Shown piece by piece: positions 9,116-18,468 of a stretch of DNA of 64,000 nucleotides. The notes below the pieces were generated by a model, which saw only the letters and a list, made by a program, of their open reading frames with translations, ran no database searches and was not told the DNA's origin. A program made the translations under genes and the position numbers. The DNA comes from an uncultured delta proteobacterium (GTDB lineage Bacteria; Desulfobacterota; RBG-13-43-22), in the NCBI GenBank assembly GCA_963790475.1, contig CAWBOS010000010.1, positions 1,248,001 to 1,312,000 on the forward strand. Direction: 5' to 3'. Positions within the stretch are counted from its first letter, which is position 1. Each line of letters starts with the position of its first letter.

Positions 9116-10552
9116 CTATGAGGTAATACCCGCAGCCGCCATGGCCATGGTTTCATAGCGTTTCAGCGGAGATTCGATGTAAATCATCATCTTTTGGGCC
9201 GCCATCGAACCTTCGGCATGAACGGTGGTTACTTCATGGAAGGCCGACTCATGGGAGCAGACATGCCTCATGGTTTCGTGGACCATCTTGAGCCGGTCCA
9301 GGGTGCTGTATTTTTCCGATCCTCCCAGATAGTGTTCCAGGTAATCATGGATATCGGGATTCTCCCAGTCTTTTTTATCCGGTGAGGTGGCGATGATGCC
9401 CCCGCTGATATCCTGAATCAGTTCGACAAATTCGTGATATTTACTGGCGAAATGGAGTTTGGCCATGTTGGCGATCAAAGGATTGGGAACGGCGATGTTC
9501 CCATGCATGACCGGGTCATTAGCCGCCGCATTGGCCAGAGCGCGGAGGGTCTCCACGTAGGCGGCGATGTCCGCCAGTTTGTCGCGGATGTGCCCTACCC
9601 TGTCCAGCCCGTTAAATTTGGCCATGGCCACGGCACAACCGGCCATCACCTCCACGGCCGGGACCTTGTAGCTGATGGCCGTAAAACGGTGAAAGGTGGC
9701 AAAGGTGTAAGCCAGGAGCATGGAGAACTGCCATTCCCCGCACATGAAGACCCGCTCCCAGGGGACAAAAACATTATCAAAAACGATCATGGCCTCAGTC
9801 AGCTCCCGGACCGGCCGGTCGGCATGAAATTCATGGTCCGACCAGGCACCGCGTCCGCTGCGGCAAATGAAGGTCACCCCCTTGGTGTTGGCCGGAATGG
9901 CAAAACTCACCGCATAGTCGGCCTCATCTTCACGCATCTGCCGGGTGGGGACGACCAGGATCTCGTTGGCTGCCGGGGCGCTGGTGATGTGGATCTTGGC
10001 CCCCTTGACGACGATGCCCTCTTTGTTCTTATCCACCACATGGAGATAGTAATCAGGATGCTTCTGTTTGGACGGTTCCTTGGATCGATCTCCCTTGACA
10101 CAGGTAACCGCCCCGCAGGTATGCAAGTCATTCTTCCGGAGGTGTTCCAGAAAATTTTTGGCATTATCCTGGTATTGTTTCTTTCCCATCTGTCCGGCCA
10201 CGACAAAGGCGGCATTGAGGCAATCGGTCCCGATATCCTTTCCGAAGGGAAGCCCTCCGATCAGTTGAATGGATTGCTGAATCATCCTGGTGCGGTCGGC
10301 CAGGTCTTTTTTATTACCCGGGGTAATGAAATAGCGATTGATCGGCTCGCCCGTTTCCGGATGAGGGGCCACAAAAAGGTCATGGACCTCCGGGTCCTTG
10401 GAGGCCGTCAGTTCATAACCGGCGGCAATCGTGTCACAAGTGATTCCCAGGATCCGGTGTTTGGTGATATCTTCCACCTTCTCCCCCCGAATATATACCC
10501 GCCTTCCATCCCGCAAACTTTCCTTGTATTCTTCCACGGTACGTATTCCCAT
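9116..10552 (-). CDS. 4-hydroxyphenylacetate 3-hydroxylase / 4-hydroxybutyryl-CoA dehydratase (HpaB/AbfD) family flavoprotein
   Basis: EEYKESLRDGRRVYIRGEKV, KGDRSK.PS.Q..PD.YL, GIVVKGAKIHIT, FDNVFVPWERVFMCGE. Confidence 0.9.
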   Translation of the reverse strand: MGIRTVEEYKESLRDGRRVYIRGEKVEDITKHRILGITCDTIAAGYELTASKDPEVHDLFVAPHPETGEPINRYFITPGNKKDLADRTRMIQQSIQLIGGLPFGKDIGTDCLNAAFVVAGQMGKKQYQDNAKNFLEHLRKNDLHTCGAVTCVKGDRSKEPSKQKHPDYYLHVVDKNKEGIVVKGAKIHITSAPAANEILVVPTRQMREDEADYAVSFAIPANTKGVTFICRSGRGAWSDHEFHADRPVRELTEAMIVFDNVFVPWERVFMCGEWQFSMLLAYTFATFHRFTAISYKVPAVEVMAGCAVAMAKFNGLDRVGHIRDKLADIAAYVETLRALANAAANDPVMHGNIAVPNPLIANMAKLHFASKYHEFVELIQDISGGIIATSPDKKDWENPDIHDYLEHYLGGSEKYSTLDRLKMVHETMRHVCSHESAFHEVTTVHAEGSMAAQKMMIYIESPLKRYETMAMAAAGITS

Positions 10553-10672
10553 ATTCTTTCTCCTTTTCTAAATTTTGCCCTATCCGGGAAATAATCCATT
10601 TCCCAATGGAGTCTTCGGCGTTCAGCTACCCGCCGTGGTTAATAAATTTTGCATAAATTTTTTGAGAAATTT

Positions 10673-10876
10673 TTATCGACCGCTCTTTCTTAAAACGGTG
10701 ACGGTCTCCCCGCCGAACCCCCAGTTGTCGGTTTCCACCTCATCAATAACCACAAATGTGCTCTGAGGTGGCTTACCCAAAACTTCCTGAAGCAGTTTGG
10801 TCGCCCCTTCGATAAGTTGTTCCTTCTGTTTGGCTGTTACCCCTTCCTTGGTTACTCGGATATTAACATAAGGCAT
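10673..10876 (-). CDS. 4-oxalocrotonate tautomerase family protein
   Basis: N-terminal catalytic Pro (MPYVNI), QK..LI.GAT, VVIDEV..DNWGFGG. Confidence 0.93.
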   Translation of the reverse strand: MPYVNIRVTKEGVTAKQKEQLIEGATKLLQEVLGKPPQSTFVVIDEVETDNWGFGGETVTVLRKSGR

Positions 10877-10959
10877 AAGATTCTCCTTCCAGATAATTAA
10901 TATATATTTTGGACAGTATAGAATAAAATGTGAATACTTTCAAAGTTTGTTTATTCCAT

Positions 10960-12246
10960 TCAGGAACGGACCGCAAGGCAGAAGATGAACAAGCCCAGGA
11001 GGATCATCGCCAAAGCCCGCGAATGGCGGGCCAAGAACCAGCGGCTGATCGCATAGCTTAGTCCAAGACCGGCCATAAAAACAATGGCCACCTTTCCTGG
11101 TACAGGGCCACCCGCCCATTCTAACAGTGCGGTCTGAATGGCCACTACGAACCAAAAGTGGGTCAGATAGATATCGTAGGACGTCGCTGAAAGTTGTCGG
11201 TCCAAACCACTCGAGTGGTTCCAATGGCGGGCGCCAAAAGAAACGAGCGCCACCAGTACAGACAGGAACAGGAAAGAACGGAGAAAAGCGAAAACCAGCA
11301 AAAAAGCAGCCGGCAGATTGGCTGTCCCACCAAGGTCGGTGAATATCGGGCGGCCGACCAGGAGATAGGTCACCGCCAGCAGACAGCTGATCAACCCCCA
11401 TAAGGCCACCGAACCCAGCGGTTTTCCATCTGTAAACCACCCCCGCGATTGGGCATAGACACCGAAGGCAAAGCTGCCGGCGAATGGTACCAGCCGCGTC
11501 ACCTGAAACTCCAAAAAAGCGTGCAGCGTGAACCAACTCGAATCCGGGAAGTATAGCAGAAGGGAAAAATACCCGGCAGAGATCAGCAGGCCGAAAATCA
11601 CCAATTGAGTAACTACCAGTTTTCCCGATCTCGATTGGCCTTTGGCAGGAGGGATTAATCCGCCTTGCTTCCCGTGTGTTAACTTATGGACGACCACGAA
11701 AAGCAGGAAAAAAGCAAACAGTAAAGAGATAAACCAGTAAACTGCCTGGGTTGTCGGTCCGGCAGGTACCTGGGTAGATCTCAGACGGACCTCAAAGCTG
11801 CCCAAGTACCACAGCCAATACCTCCAAAACGGCCTGAGGTGTTTAATGGGTTGGTCATACAAGGCAAGAGGAAGGACAATGAGAACGGCCAAGGCCCAAG
11901 GAATCAATAGTCGTTTGACCTTGTCCTTGAAAAATTCCCACGGCCCTTTCTTCTCCAGGGAGACCGGGGCGAAGAAACCGGCAACAAAGAACAGCACGGG
12001 CATCATAAAAACATCGAACAGTTCCCGCATGACGTCCGCTGCCAAGGAAACGGTATCGTGGACCACCCAATGAGGGGCCACCGAGGCATAGGCCCCTAAA
12101 GCATGGTAAAAAAGTACGAACAGGATCATCAAATAGCGGAGGTTATCCAGAAAAGCGACCCGCACAAAATTGATGGGGGTCGATGGTTCTGCCCGAGGTC
12201 TTGTACCTTCCCTACCAATAACACCTGCAGCTCCTGAGGTTTTCAT
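10960..12246 (-). CDS. Acyltransferase family 3 (OpgC/MdoC-like) membrane protein
   Basis: AFLDNLR...V..YH, FMMPVLFFVAGFF, KVKRLLIPW, SYDIYLTH; multiple TM segments. Confidence 0.88.
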   Translation of the reverse strand: MKTSGAAGVIGREGTRPRAEPSTPINFVRVAFLDNLRYLMILFVLFYHALGAYASVAPHWVVHDTVSLAADVMRELFDVFMMPVLFFVAGFFAPVSLEKKGPWEFFKDKVKRLLIPWALAVLIVLPLALYDQPIKHLRPFWRYWLWYLGSFEVRLRSTQVPAGPTTQAVYWFISLLFAFFLLFVVVHKLTHGKQGGLIPPAKGQSRSGKLVVTQLVIFGLLISAGYFSLLLYFPDSSWFTLHAFLEFQVTRLVPFAGSFAFGVYAQSRGWFTDGKPLGSVALWGLISCLLAVTYLLVGRPIFTDLGGTANLPAAFLLVFAFLRSFLFLSVLVALVSFGARHWNHSSGLDRQLSATSYDIYLTHFWFVVAIQTALLEWAGGPVPGKVAIVFMAGLGLSYAISRWFLARHSRALAMILLGLFIFCLAVRS

Positions 12247-12524
12247 TTTTGTTATCTCTTTTTAATTTTGAGTTTCGGACCAGATAACCCCGTTCTGCCC
12301 AAGGCCTTATATCCCGATTTCATCTTATAGAAGGTGTTCGTCCAGGCGTTAGCGGGTTGTTTTAAGCAACCGGGGTCAATCGCCTCGTTGAAGATCATTG
12401 TTGCCGGAGAAAGACCAAACCAGGTTTCCAAATCATTGCTCCCTAAGGCGCCCGGCGTTTGGGCCGGTATTGGGGGGCGGATTAGACCACCCTATTCAAG
12501 CATTGCCGGTGATCGTGTTCAAAT

Positions 12525-13358
12525 TTAAACAGGAATTTTCTCTTGAGATGAATTCATGCCCTTCAGGTACCAAATCAACAGGCCCAGGCTGATAATAAAT
12601 ATTGTCCCGAAAATTACAATCTGCGGGACGGCTACGGGATGGCCTTTGCCGGTCATGAACACCCCCATAGACAGAATGGCCGATATTAAAAAAACGACAT
12701 AGGAAAGCAAGGCCCCGGCCAGGGTGTACCCCAAGGCCTGTTTGCGCCACAGGCTGATGGCTGTAATTCCGAATGCCGGAAGTATCCAGGCCATGTCCAA
12801 CACCTGCACCGGGTTGGTCGGGGTCCGGTTATCCAGCAGGCTTTGGGGAATCCTTCCCCCCACTAATGCCGGGATAATCTCACCCAGCCACAGGAAATAG
12901 AAAAGGGCTGCCATCACACCCAGATAAATGCTCACCGTTTTGACAGGAGTCTTTTCGGTGAAGCAGGACTTGATTCCAGCCACATCCGCCGTGACCAGAC
13001 CACCAATCAAAGCATAGAGCGAACAGCCCAACAAGGCGACGTAGACGAGGAAGAACGCGTTGAACTTAACGTCAAAGGCAGCGATCACATAGGTGTACAC
13101 CAGATAGACCATTTCCCCCAGCCAGATCAGACGCGCTCCGGAAGACCCCCGATTGGCCAGGATGGCGGTGACGATCAGAGTGGGGAGGACTATAGTCAGC
13201 GAGATCAGGTCCTGCCCTATGGCTTGGGCCACGAAATAGGGCGCATCGTGGTATACACCGGTGATAAACACACCGCCACCGGCGGCGACCGCAAGCAACA
13301 AGGAGATGGGTAAGGTGAACCACAACCACCCATTTACAGGTCTGATGCCGCCATTCAT
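12525..13358 (-). CDS. Hypothetical integral membrane protein
   Basis: About 8 hydrophobic segments; GQDL and NPVQVLD motifs. Confidence 0.8.
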   Translation of the reverse strand: MNGGIRPVNGWLWFTLPISLLLAVAAGGGVFITGVYHDAPYFVAQAIGQDLISLTIVLPTLIVTAILANRGSSGARLIWLGEMVYLVYTYVIAAFDVKFNAFFLVYVALLGCSLYALIGGLVTADVAGIKSCFTEKTPVKTVSIYLGVMAALFYFLWLGEIIPALVGGRIPQSLLDNRTPTNPVQVLDMAWILPAFGITAISLWRKQALGYTLAGALLSYVVFLISAILSMGVFMTGKGHPVAVPQIVIFGTIFIISLGLLIWYLKGMNSSQEKIPV

Positions 13359-13472
13359 CCTTTACTCCGTTTCCTTTCGTTCCCTAAACGGCGGATATCG
13401 CCACCCAAAGCTCGGGTCAGCCGCGCTCCAAGGATATTGTCCGCCTTGGGCGGATACTGTGGTTAGATGATA

Positions 13473-13865
13473 TTAAGGCTGTTTTGTCGTCTTAGGGTAG
13501 ATAAAACCCGTGGTCTTTTCCGCTGTTTTTATGGGACGGACTTCAACCCTTGCCGTATCCCCATATTCAAATTCGGGGTTTCTTTTGGCGATGGCCATGG
13601 CCTCGTTGAGGTCTTCGGCGAAAATGTGATAATAACCGACAATGACTTCCTTGGCTTCATGGAAAGGCCCTTCCTTCCAGGCTCCTTTTGATCCGGAAAT
13701 CATCCTCCCTTCCCGGATCAGCGGCTGGGCTGATTTTAATTTCCCTTCTTGGGTCAGCTCAGCAATATAGACCTCACATTTTTTCAGAAACTGCTGCAGT
13801 TGTTCGGGCGGCCAGGAGGCCTGATGGTCAATCTCATTGCGGATGAGCAACATAAATTCTTTCAC
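13473..13865 (-). CDS. YciI family protein (DGPF-like)
   Basis: KEFMLLI, EGPFHEAKEVIVGYY, VEVRPI; GTG start after RBS AAAGGAG. Confidence 0.88.
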   Translation of the reverse strand: MKEFMLLIRNEIDHQASWPPEQLQQFLKKCEVYIAELTQEGKLKSAQPLIREGRMISGSKGAWKEGPFHEAKEVIVGYYHIFAEDLNEAMAIAKRNPEFEYGDTARVEVRPIKTAEKTTGFIYPKTTKQP

Positions 13866-13904
13866 AATGGTATCTCCTTTCTCTATCACTCATTCTTATG
13901 GGAT

Positions 13905-14780
13905 TCATCTGCCTTCCGATAATAACTGATCAGCATATCGGGCATTATTTCCGGTTTCATCTATGATCAGGCAGGTCATCGTCAGTGAACCTCCAACGGG
14001 CAGATCGTTGAAATAAAGTACGGATTCGTTTTTCTGTTTCAAGGCCAGGGCATATAGCATCGGCAGGTAATGTTCGGGGGTAGGCACGGCCAACCGGGCC
14101 GCCTGGCCCAGCGAGGGATAGTCGGCCAGTTCGAGATGACGGTTCTCGTTGATCAGTCTCTTGAAAAGCTCACTGGCCTCAATGGCCCAATCAAACCCCA
14201 AAGGTTTATTGAAATCCCGGAGACCATCCCCTTTGACCACCACTCGACCCAGGTTATGGACCATGTTTCCGCTGCCGATAATGAGGACCCCCTTTTGCCG
14301 CAGGGGAGCCAATTCTTTAGCCAGGGAATAATGCTCCGGTCCCGGACTGGTATAGTCCAGGCTCAGTTGGACTACAGGAATATCGGCCTCAGGAAACATC
14401 TGCCTCAAGAAACTCCAGCATCCATGGTCGAGTCCCCAATCGTCATCCAGTCTTACTTCGGTTTTATTTATCGTATTTTTCGTCTCCCGGGCCAGCCACG
14501 GGCTGCCCGGAGCAGTATACTGAACTTCGAAAAGCTCTCGGGGGAAACCGCCAAAATCATGAATAGTTCTCGGCTTCTCCATGCCCGTGACCTGACTTCC
14601 CTCCGTTTCCCAATGCGCTGAAATACACAAAACGGCCTTGGGCCTGGGTAGAATTTCTGCCGCTTTTCGCCACCGCCTTGAGAACTCATTATCCTCAATG
14701 GCATTCATCGGGGTGCCGTGCCCGATGAAGAGAACGGGCATTGTTTTTGGACTTTCCAAATTATTGGCCCGTTTATCCAT
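13905..14780 (-). CDS. ygiD: 4,5-DOPA extradiol dioxygenase (YgiD/LigB family)
   Basis: MPVLFIGHGTPMNA, ISAHW, TIHDFGGFP, WGLDHG.W, GSGNMVHNL, PTPEHYLP. Confidence 0.92.
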   Translation of the reverse strand: MDKRANNLESPKTMPVLFIGHGTPMNAIEDNEFSRRWRKAAEILPRPKAVLCISAHWETEGSQVTGMEKPRTIHDFGGFPRELFEVQYTAPGSPWLARETKNTINKTEVRLDDDWGLDHGCWSFLRQMFPEADIPVVQLSLDYTSPGPEHYSLAKELAPLRQKGVLIIGSGNMVHNLGRVVVKGDGLRDFNKPLGFDWAIEASELFKRLINENRHLELADYPSLGQAARLAVPTPEHYLPMLYALALKQKNESVLYFNDLPVGGSLTMTCLIIDETGNNARYADQLLSEGR

Positions 14781-14798
14781 TTATTTGTTCTCCGTGAA

Positions 14799-16214
14799 TC
14801 ACGACGCTTGTTTTAGCAGCCGATCCGGTTGGGATTCAATGATATTTTTTTTAGGTTCAAGCCCAAATTCTTTCATCCGGTTCCAAATGGTGATCCTGGA
14901 TACCCCTAGGAGTCTCGCGGCCTCCGATTGGTTTCCTTTGGAGCGGTCCAAGGCCGCCAGCAAATCCCGCTTTTTTCTTTCTTTGGTATTGATTGAGGGG
15001 CTCTCCGACAAAGGACTTTTTCCAATTTTTGTGACTATGTTGACCGGAAGGTGATAGGGTTGGATCAACGATTCCTGACAAGTCACAAAGGCATATTCAA
15101 AGGCGCTTCTTAATTCCCGGACATTGCCCGGCCAATCATAGCCTATGAGGATGTCTATGGTGTCTTTGCTGATTCCTTTGATCGGCTTTCCGCTTTTGAG
15201 CTTGATCCGGCGGAAAAAAGAATCGGCCAATAAAGGGATATCATCCCTTCTCTCTCTCAATGGAGGCAGATGGATGGGGATGACATTAATCCTGAAAAAA
15301 AGATCTTCCCTGAATCGTCCTTGGGCCACCAAAGCATTCAAATCTTTATTGGTGGCCGAGATGATCCTGACATCAATGGGAATAGGTCGTTGATCCCCAA
15401 CCCGTTCGATCACTTTATCTTCCAAAACCCGTAGCAACTTGACTTGGGTGGAAACAGGAAGATCCCCGATTTCATCCAAAAAGATATCCCCACCCTGGGC
15501 GGCCTCAAACCGGCCTTCTCGATTCCGGTAGGCACCGGTATAAGCCCCTTTGACATGCCCGAACAACTCGCTTTCCAACAAAGCCTCAGAAAGGGCGGCG
15601 CAATTGACCTTGACCAAGGGCTTACCTTTTCGAGGACCGCTTTCATGAATGGCTTCGGCGGCCAACTCCTTTCCGGTACCGCTTTCCCCAAAAATAATCA
15701 AAGGGGCATCGGACTTCGCGGCATTGGCTATCAGATCAAATACCCGGGTCATGGCCGGAGAGATACCGAGCAATCCATGAAAGCCGTCTTTTGATCTTAG
15801 TTCGCGGCGAAATTCTTCGATCTGGTTGTCTTTTTCGATAATCTCGGTAATATCCGTCAGCGTTTCAACAGCGCCGATGACCTTTCCTTTCTCATCATGA
15901 AGGAGTGAGGCATTTTTCAGAATATGGAAAGGATGACCGTTTTTTTTTCTCATGGTGCATCGCTTCATTTTGATATCACCGGTCTTAAATAAGGTACACC
16001 AGTGATGACCGGTCTGATCCCGGACGATGTTGCACATATTGCAATCCAGAACAGAACAGGGTTTCCCGATCAACTCCCCGTTTTTGTACCCCATGAGTCC
16101 GGTTATGGCCTTATTGACTGAGACAATAAAACCCTCCCGATCAATAATAATAATCCCTTCCTTGATCGTATCCACAACGGTTTTCCAGTATTGGTTCATT
16201 TTGTATTCCAACAT
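14799..16214 (-). CDS. PAS-domain sigma54-dependent transcriptional activator
   Basis: N-terminal Cys-rich PAS; GESGTGKE, ESELFGHVKGAYTGA, FLDEIG, WPGNVREL; C-terminal Fis HTH. Confidence 0.95.
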   Translation of the reverse strand: MLEYKMNQYWKTVVDTIKEGIIIIDREGFIVSVNKAITGLMGYKNGELIGKPCSVLDCNMCNIVRDQTGHHWCTLFKTGDIKMKRCTMRKKNGHPFHILKNASLLHDEKGKVIGAVETLTDITEIIEKDNQIEEFRRELRSKDGFHGLLGISPAMTRVFDLIANAAKSDAPLIIFGESGTGKELAAEAIHESGPRKGKPLVKVNCAALSEALLESELFGHVKGAYTGAYRNREGRFEAAQGGDIFLDEIGDLPVSTQVKLLRVLEDKVIERVGDQRPIPIDVRIISATNKDLNALVAQGRFREDLFFRINVIPIHLPPLRERRDDIPLLADSFFRRIKLKSGKPIKGISKDTIDILIGYDWPGNVRELRSAFEYAFVTCQESLIQPYHLPVNIVTKIGKSPLSESPSINTKERKKRDLLAALDRSKGNQSEAARLLGVSRITIWNRMKEFGLEPKKNIIESQPDRLLKQAS

Positions 16215-16227
16215 AGGAATTTACTCC

Positions 16228-16265
16228 TGTAAAATATTAAACAACTGTTAATTAATAATTTAACA
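16228..16265. promoter_or_regulatory. Putative enhancer-binding-protein sites
   Basis: TGT-N10-ACA (16228-16243) and TGTTAA-N8-TTAACA (16246-16265), about 110-150 bp upstream of the sigma54 promoter. Confidence 0.5.
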
Positions 16266-16374
16266 CATCAATCCTTTCTTTGCAACTCTTCCGTTTAAAA
16301 TTAATAAAATTTATACTTAATTATATTAATAAGTTATAAGAACTGACAAGCTTAAAGACTGTCAAAAAAAGTTT

Positions 16375-16390
16375 TGGCACCGGTTATGCA
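16375..16390 (+). promoter_or_regulatory. sigma54 -24/-12 promoter
   Basis: TGGCACCGGTTATGCA (GG-N10-GC) upstream of tusA, divergent from the sigma54 activator gene. Confidence 0.8.
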
Positions 16391-16446
16391 GTGAATAATG
16401 GACAATTGTTAAATTCGATTAATACCCAACAAGGAGGAACACGATA

Positions 16447-16701
16447 ATGACCCCAGCAGAATTAACCGCTATTCAAGCAGCTAACGTCGTAGACGCCCGA
16501 GGCAGTGCCTGTCCCGGTCCCATTTTGGAAGCCAAAAAGGGGATCGGCAAGGTCAAGGTGGGGGAAATTTTGGAAGTCTTATCCGGTGACCTGGGTACCC
16601 GACAGGACATCCCGGCCTGGGCCAGAAAAGTGGGACACGAATATTTAGGGCTGGTGGAAGCGGACGGTTATGACCGGCTCTATGTAAGAAGGAAAAAGTA
16701 G
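16447..16701 (+). CDS. tusA: Sulfurtransferase TusA family protein
   Basis: VDARGSACPGPIL (CPxP), GEILEVLS.D.G...DIPAW. Confidence 0.93.
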   Translation: MTPAELTAIQAANVVDARGSACPGPILEAKKGIGKVKVGEILEVLSGDLGTRQDIPAWARKVGHEYLGLVEADGYDRLYVRRKK

Positions 16702-16710
16702 GAAAGAAGG

Positions 16711-17115
16711 ATGACTACACCGGCCAACCAAGGGAAGATTCTAATCTTAGCCACAGACCACTGTGCCTATCCGGGGGCCAACTCGGTCGGGCAGGCCCAT
16801 AGCCCTTACCCGGCTAATACCTATGTGCTCAGGGTGCCTTCCCCGGTGCTCTTTCCAGAAACCTTTTACTTGGATTGTTTTCATAAAGGGATCGGCGGGA
16901 TCATTATCATGTCCTGTGGAACCGAATGCCCTTATCCCGGCGCCTATGAGGTCTTGGCTAAAAGGGTCGACCGGGTTTATTCCATGATGAAGGAGAAGGA
17001 TCTGGATATACGACGGCTTAAGCTTACTGCCATTTGTACGGTCTGCAACCGGGCTTTTCTTAAAGAGGTAAACGAGATGAACAACTTGGTTCAGGAGTTG
17101 GGGGCGATCGGCTAA
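16711..17115 (+). CDS. mvhD: MvhD/FlpD-like hydrogenase iron-sulfur subunit (variant)
   Basis: CAYPGANSVG...YP.N..VLRV, GIIIMSCG.ECPY, I.RL.L pattern. Confidence 0.8.
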   Translation: MTTPANQGKILILATDHCAYPGANSVGQAHSPYPANTYVLRVPSPVLFPETFYLDCFHKGIGGIIIMSCGTECPYPGAYEVLAKRVDRVYSMMKEKDLDIRRLKLTAICTVCNRAFLKEVNEMNNLVQELGAIG

Positions 17116-17118
17116 GAG

Positions 17119-18426
17119 ATGAATAATACTCAGAACCTGAAATTTGATACCTTGATCATCGGCAGTGGTATTGCCGGCCTCCAGGCCGCCCTGGACCTGG
17201 CTGATCAAGGGTTCAAGGTAGCCGTCGTGGAAAAAGACGCCACCATCGGCGGGAAGATGATTCGGCTTTCCAAGGTATTTCCCACCCTGGATTGCGCCAG
17301 TTGTATAACCACCCCAAAAATGGCCGCAGCCGCCCATCATGAAAACATCACCCTCTTCACCTTCTGTGAGTTGAAATCTCTGGATCGTCAAAATGGTCTT
17401 GTTGCAGCTACGGTAACCCAGAAACCCAGGTATGTGGACCCGGATAAATGTATCGGCTGCCGGCAATGCGAATACGAGTGCCCGGTCTATGTTCCGGATG
17501 AGGAACAGGGGGGGTTCAATGCCCGCAAGGCTATCTATATCCCCTTTTCCAATGCCATTCCACAAATCGCTCTCCTCGACCCTGAAAACTGCCTGTTGTG
17601 TGGAAAGTGTGTCAAAATCTGCCCTACTGAAGCCGTAAATTTTTTTCAAGAACCCAAGGACCTTTTTCTTGAGGCTAAAGCCGTTATTGTAACCACCGGT
17701 TTTGAATTAACCCCTTTAGAGGACAAACCGCAATATGGACAAGGGAAGATCCCTAATGTGATCACGGCTCTCCAAATGGAAAGGCTTCTGGCCCCCCATG
17801 GGCCTTATAATCGAGTCTTACGCCCTTCAGACGGCATGGAGCCGGATTCGATCGCCTTTGTCCAGTGCGCCGGTTCAAGAGATAAAAGCATGGGCATCTC
17901 TTATTGTTCCAGAGTCTGTTGTATGTACGCGATTAAGCAGGCCATGCTGCTCTCCGGGGCCTTGCCCTTAGCGGATATTACTATTTATTATATGGACATC
18001 CGGGCCTTTGGAAAGGGCTACGAACAATTTTTTCAGAACGCTCAGGCTATGGGTATCCAATTTGTAAAAGCCAAGGTGTCCATTGTTAACGCAACTGTCG
18101 AGAGCACTGTGTCTGTCCGTTATGAGGCCCAGGATGGCGAGGGAGTGGTCATGGCTGAACATGATCTGGTGGTCCTTTCCCTGGGGATGGTCCCTGGCTG
18201 GAATCCAGGCAACTATAGTAAACTGGATGCCGATTCGGATGGGTTTATCAGAACCATACAACCCAAGATAGCCCCAACCCTGACCGCTCAAGAAGGTTTT
18301 TTCGTGGCCGGTACGGCCGCTGGACCAAAGGATATTGTTGACACTATTGCTGAAGCCGGAGCGGCTGCCATGGAGGCTACCAAGTATTTACTTCGTAATA
18401 ATAAGACGACTCAAATGGCCAAATAA
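17119..18426 (+). CDS. hdrA: Heterodisulfide reductase subunit A-like flavoprotein (short, with inserted ferredoxin domain)
   Basis: IIGSGIAG, KVFPTLDCASC, two CxxCxxCxxxCP motifs, QCAGSRD, YCSRVCCMY, GPKDIVDT. Confidence 0.92.
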   Translation: MNNTQNLKFDTLIIGSGIAGLQAALDLADQGFKVAVVEKDATIGGKMIRLSKVFPTLDCASCITTPKMAAAAHHENITLFTFCELKSLDRQNGLVAATVTQKPRYVDPDKCIGCRQCEYECPVYVPDEEQGGFNARKAIYIPFSNAIPQIALLDPENCLLCGKCVKICPTEAVNFFQEPKDLFLEAKAVIVTTGFELTPLEDKPQYGQGKIPNVITALQMERLLAPHGPYNRVLRPSDGMEPDSIAFVQCAGSRDKSMGISYCSRVCCMYAIKQAMLLSGALPLADITIYYMDIRAFGKGYEQFFQNAQAMGIQFVKAKVSIVNATVESTVSVRYEAQDGEGVVMAEHDLVVLSLGMVPGWNPGNYSKLDADSDGFIRTIQPKIAPTLTAQEGFFVAGTAAGPKDIVDTIAEAGAAAMEATKYLLRNNKTTQMAK

Positions 18427-18468
18427 CGTTTTGAAAAAATTTTCCAACAATCCCTTGGGAGATAGGGA

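Noticed and set aside
9434-10594. 386 aa plus-strand ORF
   Set aside because: Antisense shadow of the HpaB/AbfD-family gene with no recognisable motifs
12250-12330. Minus-strand peptide MKSGYKALGRTGLS resembling an aldo/keto reductase N-terminus
   Set aside because: Too short to support a pseudogene call by eye
16747-17649. 300 aa minus-strand ORF
   Set aside because: Antisense to mvhD/hdrA with no family features
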